Shown piece by piece: positions 1 through 9,907 of a stretch of 64,000 nucleotides of DNA. Both the position numbers and the translations under genes were made by a program. Within the stretch, counting starts at the first letter, position 1, and each line of letters starts with the position of its first letter. The notes beneath the pieces were generated by a model. That model was not told where the DNA came from and did not search any database. It saw nothing but the letters and a program-made list of their open reading frames with translations. Origin of the DNA: an uncultured candidate division Zixibacteria bacterium (GTDB taxonomy: Bacteria > Zixibacteria > MSB-5A5 > UBA10806 > 4484-95); contig CAXXKA010000006.1 of assembly GCA_963668625.2 (NCBI GenBank), forward strand, positions 448,001 to 512,000. The letters are read 5' to 3'.

Positions 1-1
1 C

Positions 2-1666
2 GCGCTTATTACCGAGCCATACCCACAAAAATGGCAGAATGAAATTTCTGATCTGATGGCTAAAGCCCGTATTCCCGGCTTGTCGGCTGCAATTATACAG
101 GATGGAGAGATTGTCTGGGCGGATGCTTTCGGTGTTAAAAACGATTCTACCGGAGAGCCATGCGATAAGCAGACTATTTTCGAAGCGGCATCGATGACAA
201 AGCCGTTATTTGCCTACATTGCTCTTCTATATGCTAAAGAGGGTAAGCTTGATTTGGATAAGCCGCTGGTAAAGTATCTACCAAAGCAATTAATTGCCGA
301 TTCAGTTTTAACCCATCCTTTAGATCGACCAGGTTTCCGCAGGGATTGGTTCGAGAAAATCACAGCTCGTCATGTATTAAGTCACTCAGCCGGAATGCCG
401 CATGGCAAACCGATCGATGAGTACTATCCTCTTTTATTCGAGCCGGGTAAAGAATTTAAGTATTCCGCTTCGGGATATCGTTTTCTTCAGCTTGTTATAG
501 AGTATATGGAGGGAGCAACGCTAGATGAAATTGCTAAAAAGCGAGTTCTCGATCCTCTGGGGATGACTGAAACCTCGCTGGTATGGCGGGATGAATACGA
601 GCAAACCGCGGCTAACGGTCATGATATGTTCGGTGTTCCACAGGTGCATCGCCGATGGTCTCGTGCGAACGCGGCGGCCTCTATGTATACCACGGCTACT
701 GATTTCGCTAAGTTCATCTGCGCGATTCTAAATAATAAGCAGTTAGAAAGCGATGAAACTACCTCGATGCTTTCTCCTCAAATAGAAATTGATGATCATC
801 TGTCCTGGAGTTTGGGATTCGGCAGGCAGAGTGATTCGAACGGTATGGCGTTCTGGCAATGGGGAGACTACGGTATCTATCGTAACTTTGTTCTTGCCTA
901 TGAAAAACAAAAATGCGGAATTGTGTGGTTTACGAATAGTTTCTACGGAATTAGTATCCTGGATGAGTTGGTGGAAAAATGCCTGGGAGGTAAAGAGCAT
1001 GCAAATAATTATCTCGAATATCCGGCTTACAACTCGCCATCAATGCGCTTTATTTTCTCTGCCATTGACAATGGAGTCGAAGCTGCAATGAAGCACATCG
1101 ATGAATATAATGGTGAAGATTACGATGATGTAAATGAGCTAACTATCAATGATATTGGATATACATTTTTGAATGATAATCGTATTGGTGAAGCTATCTC
1201 TCTATTTCAATACAATGTAAAGGAGTATCCTAAATCATCCAATGTGTGGGATAGTTACGCTGAGGCATGTATGGTAGCAGGTGAACTTGATTCGGCTGCG
1301 ACATATTATAAGCGAGGGCTCGAGATAGATTCAAGCAACGGTAGCGCTAAAAAGCATCTCGAATGGATAAGTACCGAGCTGAACGCGCGCGAAAATCCAC
1401 TTAAGCTTACCGGCTTGGAGTTATCAGTGTACGCCGGGGATTATGGCCCCCGTCATTTGAGAGTACAAAACGATACGCTATACTATCGTCGTGATGGCAG
1501 CTCTAATCCCGAACGATATCTCTATCCATTGAAACCGGGATGGTTCGGACTTCAGGATAACACTGATTGGCGATTTCATTTCGAAATAGATGAGACTGGT
1601 AAAGCTGTCGCTATCGAGGGCTGGGTGTACAGAGGCATGGTGGATAAACACGCACGGGATAAGTGA
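2..1666 (+). CDS. Serine hydrolase (class C beta-lactamase/AmpC-like) with C-terminal TPR region; 5' end probably lies before the window
   Basis: FEAASMTK (SxxK), LSHSAG, FKYSASG motifs and TPR-like YPKSSNVWDSYAEA. The frame is open from base 2, upstream of the listed ATG at 56. Confidence 0.85.
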   Translation, partial: ALITEPYPQKWQNEISDLMAKARIPGLSAAIIQDGEIVWADAFGVKNDSTGEPCDKQTIFEAASMTKPLFAYIALLYAKEGKLDLDKPLVKYLPKQLIADSVLTHPLDRPGFRRDWFEKITARHVLSHSAGMPHGKPIDEYYPLLFEPGKEFKYSASGYRFLQLVIEYMEGATLDEIAKKRVLDPLGMTETSLVWRDEYEQTAANGHDMFGVPQVHRRWSRANAAASMYTTATDFAKFICAILNNKQLESDETTSMLSPQIEIDDHLSWSLGFGRQSDSNGMAFWQWGDYGIYRNFVLAYEKQKCGIVWFTNSFYGISILDELVEKCLGGKEHANNYLEYPAYNSPSMRFIFSAIDNGVEAAMKHIDEYNGEDYDDVNELTINDIGYTFLNDNRIGEAISLFQYNVKEYPKSSNVWDSYAEACMVAGELDSAATYYKRGLEIDSSNGSAKKHLEWISTELNARENPLKLTGLELSVYAGDYGPRHLRVQNDTLYYRRDGSSNPERYLYPLKPGWFGLQDNTDWRFHFEIDETGKAVAIEGWVYRGMVDKHARDK

Positions 1667-1681
1667 TAGGCCAAATCATAT

Positions 1682-1736
1682 TCTCGTTCCCAAACTCCGA
1701 TTTGCGAACGTCCCGTATTCTAGAAACTTTGTTTCG
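1682..1736. repeat. REP-like palindromic unit (TCTCGTTCCCAAACTCCG..TTTG.GAACG family)
   Basis: Imperfect hairpin CGTTCCCAAACTCCGATTTGCGAACG followed by GAAACTTTGTTTCG. A related inverted copy lies at 49385-49438. Confidence 0.55.
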
Positions 1737-1803
1737 ATTCGATCAATCGAGAGGATATTTCCGATTCTTCATGGTATTGGTATCTAAAACATAGATAAAA
1801 CAA

Positions 1804-1831
1804 AACCCGCACGGCGTTAACCGGGCGGGTT
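1804..1831. terminator. Intrinsic terminator between convergent genes
   Basis: AACCCGC...GCGGGTT stem with an A-tract on the left, between the hydrolase and EF-G stop codons. Confidence 0.65.
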
Positions 1832-1877
1832 ATATCAATATAGCGAACCAACCACAATCCGCTATTATATTTCGATA

Positions 1878-3962
1878 TTACTTCTCCTCGGTTTCGCCGC
1901 TTTCTCTTTCGATTTCGGCTACTACCTTCTCGGCGATCTCGCGCGGAACTTCCTCGTAATGCGAGAATTCTCGATTATGCGTTCCGCGTCCCTGGGTGAG
2001 CGAACGAAGCGAGGTTGAGTATTTATACATCTCGGCCTGAGGTATCTGGGCGCGGATAATCTGGCTCTTGCCGTCAGGATCCATACCCATGATTCTGCCG
2101 CGACGGGAGGAGACATCACCCATGACATCACCCATGTATTCTTCGGGCACTCTGATCGTGACATTGAAAATCGGCTCGAGCAAATACGGATCGGATTGCT
2201 CGTAAGCGGATTTGAATCCCATCGAACCGGCGATTTTGAACGCCATATCGGAGGAGTCAACGCTGTGATAAGAGCCATCATAACAGGTAACTTTGAAATC
2301 GATCACTTTAGTCTTGGCCAGGCCGCCCTCTTGACGGGCCTCTATGATACCTTTTTCCACCGCCGGGACGAATTTGCCGGGGATAACACCACCAACGATG
2401 GCATCCACGAACTCGAAATCACCGCCGCGAGGGAGAGGCTCCATGCGAAGCCAGCAGTCGCCGTATTGACCGCGTCCACCAGACTGACGTTTGAACTTGC
2501 CCTGCACCTCGACTTTTTTGCGAATCGATGACTGGTAGGGGATACGCGGTTTGCCAAGCTCTACCTCAACGCCGAAACGTTTTTTCAAACGACCGGTGAT
2601 AACATCCAGGTGAAGCTCGCCCTGTCCCTCGAGCAATGTCTGATGCAATTCGCCATCCAGGATCACCTTGATAGTGGGGTCTTCCTCGCTGAGCTTGTTC
2701 AGGCCGCTGGCGATTTTGTCCTCATCACCTTTCGCTTTGGCATTGACTGCCAACTGAATGGAGGGACTGGGGAATTCTATCGGAGGATACTGTATCTCGG
2801 AACCCTTGGTGGCTAGAGTATCACAGGTGCGGGTGGCTTTTAGTTTAACCAGCGCGCCTATATCTCCAGCGACAATCGAGCCGCCCTCGGTTCGCTCTTT
2901 ACCGTTCAAGAAATATATGGTACCGATTCTCTCGGAATCACGTTTACGAGTGTTCATTACGTCATCACCAGTACTGATTTTGCCTGAGATAACTTTAAAA
3001 AACGAAAGTTCGCCGACATGCTGCTCGGAGATTGTTTTGAAAATGAACAATGATGGTTTCTCATCGACGGAAACCTTGGTGGTAACCTCTTTATCGCCTA
3101 ACAAAGCCGTTACCTCGCCCTTGTAATCGGGAGCAGGGTAAAATCTGACGACCGAATCCAGGAAATTAGTGACACCGGCAACCAATGTGGCAGAGCCGCA
3201 GAATATCGGAGAGATAGAGCGATCGGCAATGCCTTTACGTAAACCAGCGGTCAGTTCATCATCGGTTAGCTCGCCGGCATCGAAAAACTTCTCCATCAAC
3301 TCTTCATCCGACTCGGCGGCAGCCTCGACCAGCTTATCGTGCCATTCCTGGGCGGCGTCTTTCATATCGGCCGGGATATCCTCGGATTCGGCTTTGCCGT
3401 CCTTGCCGAATTTCATTGCTTTCATGCTTACCAAATCGATTATGCCCTTAAACTCGAGACCATCACCCCAGGAGAGCACGAACGGCATGGCATGATTGGA
3501 GAAATTTTCCTGAATAGCATTAACGCAGCTTAAATAATTGGCATTTTCTTTATCCATACGGTTTACGAAGAAGGAGCGGGGCATATCATATTGATTAGTA
3601 GTCCGCCAGACCCCCTCGGTACCGACCTCGACGCCGGTGACACCGTTTACCACTATTACAGCGGTATCAGCAGCGCGAAGACCACCCATGACCTCGCCGT
3701 AAAAATCGGCGTAGCCGGGCATATCTATAATATTGATTTTTGTACCTTTTATATCTACATGGCCTAAAGCCGTGTTAATTGATATCTTACGTTCGATTTC
3801 GTCCTCGGTATAATCCGTGACCGTGTTACCAGCATCGATACTGCCCAACCTCGAGATGACCTTACCAGCATAGAGCATAGCCTCTACCAGCGAGGTCTTA
3901 CCCGTGGTGCCATGGCCGGCAACTCCTATGTTTCTGATTTTGTCGACAGAGTATTCCTTCAT
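1878..3962 (-). CDS. fusA: Elongation factor G paralog (EF-G2/EF-G-like), stand-alone
   Basis: IRNIGVAGHGTTGKT, DMPGYADF, NRMD, KRQSGGRGQYG, DGSYHSVDSS, SLTQGRG. G1 and switch I (ERKISI) are non-canonical and the gene is not in a str operon. Confidence 0.9.
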   Translation of the reverse strand: MKEYSVDKIRNIGVAGHGTTGKTSLVEAMLYAGKVISRLGSIDAGNTVTDYTEDEIERKISINTALGHVDIKGTKINIIDMPGYADFYGEVMGGLRAADTAVIVVNGVTGVEVGTEGVWRTTNQYDMPRSFFVNRMDKENANYLSCVNAIQENFSNHAMPFVLSWGDGLEFKGIIDLVSMKAMKFGKDGKAESEDIPADMKDAAQEWHDKLVEAAAESDEELMEKFFDAGELTDDELTAGLRKGIADRSISPIFCGSATLVAGVTNFLDSVVRFYPAPDYKGEVTALLGDKEVTTKVSVDEKPSLFIFKTISEQHVGELSFFKVISGKISTGDDVMNTRKRDSERIGTIYFLNGKERTEGGSIVAGDIGALVKLKATRTCDTLATKGSEIQYPPIEFPSPSIQLAVNAKAKGDEDKIASGLNKLSEEDPTIKVILDGELHQTLLEGQGELHLDVITGRLKKRFGVEVELGKPRIPYQSSIRKKVEVQGKFKRQSGGRGQYGDCWLRMEPLPRGGDFEFVDAIVGGVIPGKFVPAVEKGIIEARQEGGLAKTKVIDFKVTCYDGSYHSVDSSDMAFKIAGSMGFKSAYEQSDPYLLEPIFNVTIRVPEEYMGDVMGDVSSRRGRIMGMDPDGKSQIIRAQIPQAEMYKYSTSLRSLTQGRGTHNREFSHYEEVPREIAEKVVAEIERESGETEEK

Positions 3963-4065
3963 TTATTCCTCCAGGGTTCCACTTTTCGATTTCAAAGATT
4001 TCAAAGATAATAAAGAGAGGTTTGATTGTCAATAGGATATGCGGAGCGGATTGGCTGGAATGGCG

Positions 4066-5553
4066 CTACTCGATCTCAACCCGGGCCTGCTTAGCCAACT
4101 TAACCATCTCCCAGTACGGTGGATTGTATCCTCGATCGGCCTCGAATTCCTCCGCTAATCGTATCAATCGGGCTTTGATAGCAGCGTGCTTTTTAGAGAA
4201 ACGTTCGTTTTTCAAGCCTGCGACAGCATTCATGCCCTCCGGTATCGGACCGATTCCGCCGCACAGGTTTTTTGCCTCGGAATAGGCTTTAGCCACCCGA
4301 GCTATAGGCAGCTTGTACCAGTCGTATTCGAGCATCTCGCCGTTGTTGGCATCCTCCAACATAATATCTATGACCGCGTTATCGAGATGGTCTTTCAAAA
4401 GCGATTCAGGATTGTACCATTCGGCTACTACTCGAAGCTGTGGGTCGTATTCCAGATCGGACGGCTCCTGCGTCTCGAAATGTTTCACACCGAATGCCGC
4501 CAGCCACGAGCGCACACCAGAGGATGAGATGTTCGATATTCCCATCCACAGCGTCACGCCCATCTGAGAGTAAGCGTTCGAGGCCACCTCCGAACAGAAC
4601 AGCTTACCGCCATCGTTAAAATTCATCTCAAAATCGTAGGGTATATGTTCGATTAATGCTCGATTCAATACTATCTCAGCGGCTTTATGAGGCAACATCG
4701 GATCGGATTCCAACTGGGGGGTATCGGCTCTCATTCGCAATACCAGAATACGAAGCTTGTAATCATCCAGGTATTGATCGATAGTGGCAAGCTTGACACC
4801 GCACTCGATATGCGATTCTATAATCGATACCTCGTTGGTGGTTTCATCAACATGAACCAGGGCAACGTGCGAGAAATTGCCGGGGTAATCGTTACCCCGA
4901 GCGATAAGCGCTGAGGTCGGAGCGCCACCTCGAGAGACCAGTATATCACCGCTGTGAATTTTTATACCGAGAATCTCCGCCTCAGGTGTCATCGATGGCT
5001 CATCGCAGGCTATCGTAAGGGCAGGGAAAGATGATTCCGGTGATTGCAGGATGACTTCCTCGATAGCGGTACGCGTACCGAACAACAAGCGATATAGCCT
5101 GTCCCGTGTTTCCTCGGAGTTCATATCCCATTTTGATGACTGATCTTTGACTGCCTGTCTTAACTTGTTGCGCAGTTCTATTAATTTCGGCAGATGCTCG
5201 GACTGGGCTCCTATTAACGGGCATAGCTCGAAAAAGTTTTTTTCTATGGATGACAAGGCGGGGGAGCCAGGTTCAAGATCGGTGCTATAAAGTAAATCAA
5301 GTGAGTTCGATATACGCTCCAGTTCCACACTAATAGAATCATGAAGCGATACTGAGTCCAACTCTTTAGCCCGTACGAATGACGATTCGAGATATATCCA
5401 ATATTCGTCCTGATCCCATATAAACGGGCTGATCTCTCCCGGAGGCTGCGGCGAGTGTTCAGGCGGCGGAATGAGAAGCGCCAGGTATATAAGGAGTAGA
5501 CCAGTTGGTATACCCCAGAATATTTTTTTATAGTTGATATAAATTTTCTTCAC
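4066..5553 (-). CDS. YiiX/YebB-like permuted NlpC/P60 (papain-like) amidase with N-terminal membrane anchor
   Basis: SGDILVSRG...NFSHVALV (His) and LFCSEVAS (Cys) in permuted order, YDFEMN motif, N-terminal TM helix. Confidence 0.75.
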   Translation of the reverse strand: MKKIYINYKKIFWGIPTGLLLIYLALLIPPPEHSPQPPGEISPFIWDQDEYWIYLESSFVRAKELDSVSLHDSISVELERISNSLDLLYSTDLEPGSPALSSIEKNFFELCPLIGAQSEHLPKLIELRNKLRQAVKDQSSKWDMNSEETRDRLYRLLFGTRTAIEEVILQSPESSFPALTIACDEPSMTPEAEILGIKIHSGDILVSRGGAPTSALIARGNDYPGNFSHVALVHVDETTNEVSIIESHIECGVKLATIDQYLDDYKLRILVLRMRADTPQLESDPMLPHKAAEIVLNRALIEHIPYDFEMNFNDGGKLFCSEVASNAYSQMGVTLWMGISNISSSGVRSWLAAFGVKHFETQEPSDLEYDPQLRVVAEWYNPESLLKDHLDNAVIDIMLEDANNGEMLEYDWYKLPIARVAKAYSEAKNLCGGIGPIPEGMNAVAGLKNERFSKKHAAIKARLIRLAEEFEADRGYNPPYWEMVKLAKQARVEIE

Positions 5554-5723
5554 GACATTTCTCCTGATTGTTTTTCTATCTAATCATCGAGAATCAGGTA
5601 TTTCTCTTGGAGAAGATTAAAAGATTGTCCACCATATAGCAAGCTATAATTAATTATGCCCGGGTGTTAGCCTGGTAATTTGCGAATGATGGTTTATATG
5701 AGAAACGAGTCAATAGTCAGATA

Positions 5724-6617
5724 TCAGAAAAGTAGCTTTCTCGATGATTTGAAATCATGATGTTTGCCGCTTATCGGATCATCGAATTCCATTTCCCTGG
5801 CGATCAACTGGAGCGGATTATTGAAATCATCCGATCGTTCGCTTAGAAGCCGGGGGTGGTAACGGTCATTGATAATGTGGCTGCCTATAACCTGCAGGTG
5901 AAGGCGAATCTGATGCCCTTTGCCGGTCAAGGGCTCGATCCTGAATTTCATCAAATCATCCTTCTCGCCGATTACCTTGATTTTAGTCCTGGCATTTACC
6001 GGGCCATCGCAGTTTTTCATCAATGGCCAATTCTCGGATTCCTCTATTCGATTTTCGATCAACCACTCTCCTGTAGTTTTGCCCGTGGGTTTGGTGCCGA
6101 TAGCCTCATATACTTTTCTGATTTTGCCTGATCTGAATAATTGATGGTAATCATTTCGAGATTCCTTACAAGCCGAGAATATGACCACGCCGGCTGTTTC
6201 ACGATCAATCCTGTGCAATGGAACCAGATTATCGTTATGTAAGCTTTTCAGCAGGCGGTTTAATAAGCATTCTTTAACATAAGGCCCTGATGGTTGAACC
6301 GGCAGAAAATGTGGTTTACAGACAGCCACCAGATGATCATTTTGAAAAAGAATCTTTTCTTTAAATGGGATGATTATCTCATCAGGAACTTCCCTGTAAT
6401 ACGATAATCTCATACCCGCTTTGTAAATGGTTTTGAGATTGATAGGATTTCCGCCGGGATCCGAGATTGATCCATTATTGATTCTTTCCAGCCATGTTTC
6501 CTTTTTTATATGCGGAAAGTGTTTAATCAAAAATTCGAGAATCGTGACGTTTTCATCATCATGTTTTGGAAGCGTAATAAAAGATTTTTTTTCTGATCTC
6601 GAATTATTTATTTTCAC
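5724..6617 (-). CDS. RluA-family RNA pseudouridine synthase
   Basis: KPHFLPV, LHRIDRETAG (catalytic Asp), TGKGHQIRLHL motifs. Confidence 0.9.
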   Translation of the reverse strand: MKINNSRSEKKSFITLPKHDDENVTILEFLIKHFPHIKKETWLERINNGSISDPGGNPINLKTIYKAGMRLSYYREVPDEIIIPFKEKILFQNDHLVAVCKPHFLPVQPSGPYVKECLLNRLLKSLHNDNLVPLHRIDRETAGVVIFSACKESRNDYHQLFRSGKIRKVYEAIGTKPTGKTTGEWLIENRIEESENWPLMKNCDGPVNARTKIKVIGEKDDLMKFRIEPLTGKGHQIRLHLQVIGSHIINDRYHPRLLSERSDDFNNPLQLIAREMEFDDPISGKHHDFKSSRKLLF

Positions 6618-6825
6618 AAACGATTACCCTAGTAGTAGATTTTAGCCTGACTCTAATATAAGCAATTTCCCGGATTGGCAAATCAATTTGTTTATTATCA
6701 GTTCAGGAAATTTAAATCCTGAGTTCTTCCCATACGGGAGAATTGTGATTATATGGCGAATCTTACTGAGGTATACTGTGTTAGATCCCGCTGTAATCGA
6801 CGATTTTAGCCAATTTTAAAAAGAT

Positions 6826-6851
6826 GGAATAAACATTTTCCCCGCGCCGTA
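6826..6851 (+). promoter_or_regulatory. Candidate ECF-sigma promoter for the VWA gene
   Basis: GGAATA-N16-CGTA, resembling the SigW-type TGAAAC-N16-CGTA consensus. Confidence 0.4.
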
Positions 6852-6893
6852 ATATATTCCAGAAACGAATAAAACTTAACATTGGAGGATCGG

Positions 6894-8537
6894 ATGAAAA
6901 GGGTAATCTTTTTCATAGGTGTATTGGTGTTGATCGCAATTCTAATTGCCTGCAGTAGTTCCAAGGATCACAGAAAAGGCGGGGTTATTGATTCGCCTAA
7001 AAAACGCGGTGAAATTTCTTATGTAGGTGATGAAAAAGCTGCTTCAAATTTGTCGGGTCCGGCTTCTCCGTCGCCTTACGCAGCCCACCGTTGTGAAATG
7101 GATTATCCGTATCACAATACTGAGCAGTACGACTTCAAATCCGAAAACACGTTCAAGGATGTTATCGAAAATCCGCTGTCAACGTTTTCCATCGATGTTG
7201 ATGCGGCCTCGTACAGCAATGTCAGACGATTTATCAATAGCGGTTCTTTACCGCCCGAAGATGCCGTGCGTATCGAGGAGATGATAAATTATTTCAGCTA
7301 CGACTATCTCCAGCCCGCTAACGATCAACCGTTTTCGGTAAACACGGAGATATCCTCCTGTCCATGGAACAGCGGTCATCGCCTCGTGCATATCGGCCTG
7401 AAAGGTCAGGATATCGAACTGGAGAATATGCCTGCCAGTAATCTCGTGTTTCTGCTTGATGTCTCGGGGTCGATGAACATGCAGAATAAACTGCCGCTTC
7501 TAAAAGCCTCGTTCCGGTTACTTGTCGATCAGCTTCGCCCCGAGGACAGAGTGGCTATAGCCGTTTATGCCGGTTCGGCCGGACTGGTTTTGAAATCCAC
7601 TCCGGGGGATCAGAAAGAGAGGATTTTAAACGCGATAGAGAGACTTCAAGCGGGAGGCAGCACCGCCGGTGGAGCGGGAATCATACTGGCTTATAACGAG
7701 GCGCAGAATAATTTCATCAAGGGAGGCAACAACCGGGTGATACTGGCTACCGATGGTGATTTCAATGTCGGCGTCTCCAGTGATGGCGAACTTGTCAGAA
7801 TGATTGAGGAGAAACGCGAGAAAGGCGTGTTCCTGACCGTGCTTGGTTTCGGTACCGGTAATATTAAAGATTCCAAGATGGAGAAACTGGCTGACAGGGG
7901 CAACGGCAATTACTCTTATATCGATAATATCCAGGAGGCTCGTAAAGTGTTAGTCAGCGAGATTGGCGGTACGCTGTTCACAATTGCCAAGGATGTTAAA
8001 ATACAGGTAGAATTCAATCCCGCCCGGGTACAATCGTACAGACTGGTCGGCTATGAGAACCGCCTTTTGAATCGCGAGGATTTCGAGGATGACACCAAGG
8101 ATGCCGGCGAGATTGGCGCCGGACATACAGTGACTGCTCTGTATGAGATAGTACCTCGGGACATAGATAAAGTACTAAATGATGATGACGGTTTAAAATA
8201 CCAGAATGTCAATATCGATTCCGAGGCGCTTGGAAGCCCGGAGTTGATGACATTGAAACTTCGATACAAACAACCTGACGGTGACAAGAGTAAATTAATC
8301 ACCAGCCCTATCATCGATAACGGTCGCGCGTTAAGTAAAACCTCGGATAATTTCAGGTTCTCCTCGGCCGTGGCACAATTCGGGATGTTGTTGCGCGATT
8401 CCAAGTTCAAAAGCGATGCCACATTCAGTAACACATTGAAACTGGCTAAAAGTAGCAAAGGTAATGATCCGATGGGCTACAGGGCGGAGTTCATTCGCCT
8501 GGTAGAATCATGTATATTGCTTGCGGATAGTAATTAG
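6894..8537 (+). CDS. YfbK-like VWA-domain lipoprotein (vWF_A, VWA, DUF3520-type C-terminus)
   Basis: Lipobox LIAC, STFSIDVDAASYSNVRR, MIDAS LLDVSGSM, ATDGDFNVG, TIAKDVKIQVEFNP. GGAGG precedes the ATG at 6894. Confidence 0.9.
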   Translation: MKRVIFFIGVLVLIAILIACSSSKDHRKGGVIDSPKKRGEISYVGDEKAASNLSGPASPSPYAAHRCEMDYPYHNTEQYDFKSENTFKDVIENPLSTFSIDVDAASYSNVRRFINSGSLPPEDAVRIEEMINYFSYDYLQPANDQPFSVNTEISSCPWNSGHRLVHIGLKGQDIELENMPASNLVFLLDVSGSMNMQNKLPLLKASFRLLVDQLRPEDRVAIAVYAGSAGLVLKSTPGDQKERILNAIERLQAGGSTAGGAGIILAYNEAQNNFIKGGNNRVILATDGDFNVGVSSDGELVRMIEEKREKGVFLTVLGFGTGNIKDSKMEKLADRGNGNYSYIDNIQEARKVLVSEIGGTLFTIAKDVKIQVEFNPARVQSYRLVGYENRLLNREDFEDDTKDAGEIGAGHTVTALYEIVPRDIDKVLNDDDGLKYQNVNIDSEALGSPELMTLKLRYKQPDGDKSKLITSPIIDNGRALSKTSDNFRFSSAVAQFGMLLRDSKFKSDATFSNTLKLAKSSKGNDPMGYRAEFIRLVESCILLADSN

Positions 8538-8540
8538 AAT

Positions 8541-8668
8541 CACCACTGTCCGGCCTTTCCATCTCGTTGCGAGGCGCCGCTTCGCAACGTGGCTTGTTTG
8601 CCGGCAGAATGCGCGTTTTTCATGACTCGAGAAGGTTTCCAGGCTGCGCTTGGAAACCGGGAAACCAA
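8541..8668 (-). mobile_element. Degenerate one-ended copy of the 255-bp MITE
   Basis: CACCACTGTCCGG end plus both internal hairpins. Aligns in reverse to about 15220-15346. Confidence 0.8.
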
Positions 8669-8673
8669 AAAGA

Positions 8674-8709
8674 AAAGAGGTGTCGGGCAATGATACCTGA
8701 CACCTCTTT
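8674..8709. terminator. Bidirectional intrinsic terminator
   Basis: AAAGAGGTGTCGGG...CCTGACACCTCTTT between convergent genes. Confidence 0.75.
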
Positions 8710-8739
8710 AAGGATATTCAACTGGTTTTCTGCTATGGA

Positions 8740-9441
8740 TTAGTCAATAAACTCAAGAGTATTGATTTCCATCGAGTTACTCATAGAAGTGAAACTCCAG
8801 ACATCGCTTTCATACTCGAAGTCATCACCATACCAGGCAACTACTTTCCAGTAGTAAGTAGTGTTCCCCTCGAAGCCAAAAGATATATCATTGACCGTGT
8901 GTGAAAGCGTGCCGCTCTCATCGATTGTCCAGGTATCGATAGAAGCATCGTTATCGACATTAGCGGTTGCCGTGCATGTAAACGAGTTAGCGTCGCTGGT
9001 TATCGCGTAGGAGTAAACATCATTAGCATCGACAGTCAAATCGAGGCTCGTCGAGAAAGAATTAGGTTCACCAGCGGAGGCGATATCTCCGTTGCCGGTA
9101 TAAGTGGCGTTTTGAGTGTGGTAATCGACCTGGGCATCGTAAACATCATTAAGGAAATTCTGGGCAATATCACATCGCTGCCAGGCGGAGATTAATTCGG
9201 TTTCGGTCAGGTTGGCATATTCTAAAGATGGATTATTCGTTGTACCGAAATAAAAATCATACTTGATGGAATCGGAGGGCATACCCTGTACATTCCATTC
9301 GAAAGTAATACCACGACCTAAATCAGTAACGCCGTCAGCCGGGGAAGGATCAGTGATTGATGGTCCGACTGGAGCGGTAGAGTTCTCGGAACAACCGATA
9401 AACAACAACATGGCCAATAGTAATACGATTGTGAATTTCAT
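8740..9441 (-). CDS. Lipoprotein: Fn3-like domain with an inserted type IV pilin-like head domain
   Basis: Lipobox FIGC. Fn3-like halves PSPADG...YDFYFGT and NTTYYWKVVA...SDVWSFT surround about 100 aa (AQNFLNDVYDAQVDY...FTCTATANVDNDASIDTWTID). Confidence 0.7.
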   Translation of the reverse strand: MKFTIVLLLAMLLFIGCSENSTAPVGPSITDPSPADGVTDLGRGITFEWNVQGMPSDSIKYDFYFGTTNNPSLEYANLTETELISAWQRCDIAQNFLNDVYDAQVDYHTQNATYTGNGDIASAGEPNSFSTSLDLTVDANDVYSYAITSDANSFTCTATANVDNDASIDTWTIDESGTLSHTVNDISFGFEGNTTYYWKVVAWYGDDFEYESDVWSFTSMSNSMEINTLEFID

Positions 9442-9856
9442 CCTTGTCTCCTTTTGTTGTATTTTATAATATTTCTTTAAAGGTTATCGTCAGTCTGAGT
9501 TGCGGGTTTAATAGCGCTGTAACTTGATGAAATACAAAACATTAATAGGGTGAAACTGAAATCCGATATTTTCATTCGTAAATAAAGTTAGTTGTTTTAT
9601 TTTTCGTTTCGATGCCTCGGCGATCGTAGAATACTTTCCCAACCATAGCCTTTATGAGGGGAGAAGTAACCTGTCATTATGGCTGATAACAATTTACGGA
9701 CTATCATAAAAGATATCTCTACTGGATAGAGTTACTTTTAGACTTTTGTAGAGGCGTTATAGCGGCTGGATAAGTGTTAGAGCCGGGAAATTCTCATTCT
9801 TAGAGACAACGCATTTTATGCCTTTACTCTATCGAATCGCTGTAAAAAGTTGAAAC

Positions 9857-9883
9857 AAAAAGGCCGGGGTGGTTATCCCGGCC
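9857..9883 (-). terminator. Intrinsic terminator of the 417-aa lipoprotein gene
   Basis: GGCCGGG...CCCGGCC stem with AAAAA on the left (U-tract on the minus strand). Confidence 0.65.
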
Positions 9884-9907
9884 GTGCAATTTGCATCATT
9901 GAGCGTT

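Noticed and set aside
9480-9850. Riboswitch (e.g. c-di-GMP) upstream of the pilin-like lipoprotein
   Set aside because: No GEMM-type GCAAA...GAAA...CGCAAAG pattern. Only a short motif (ACTGACGAyAAC, minus strand) is shared with the paralog's upstream region, which duplication explains.
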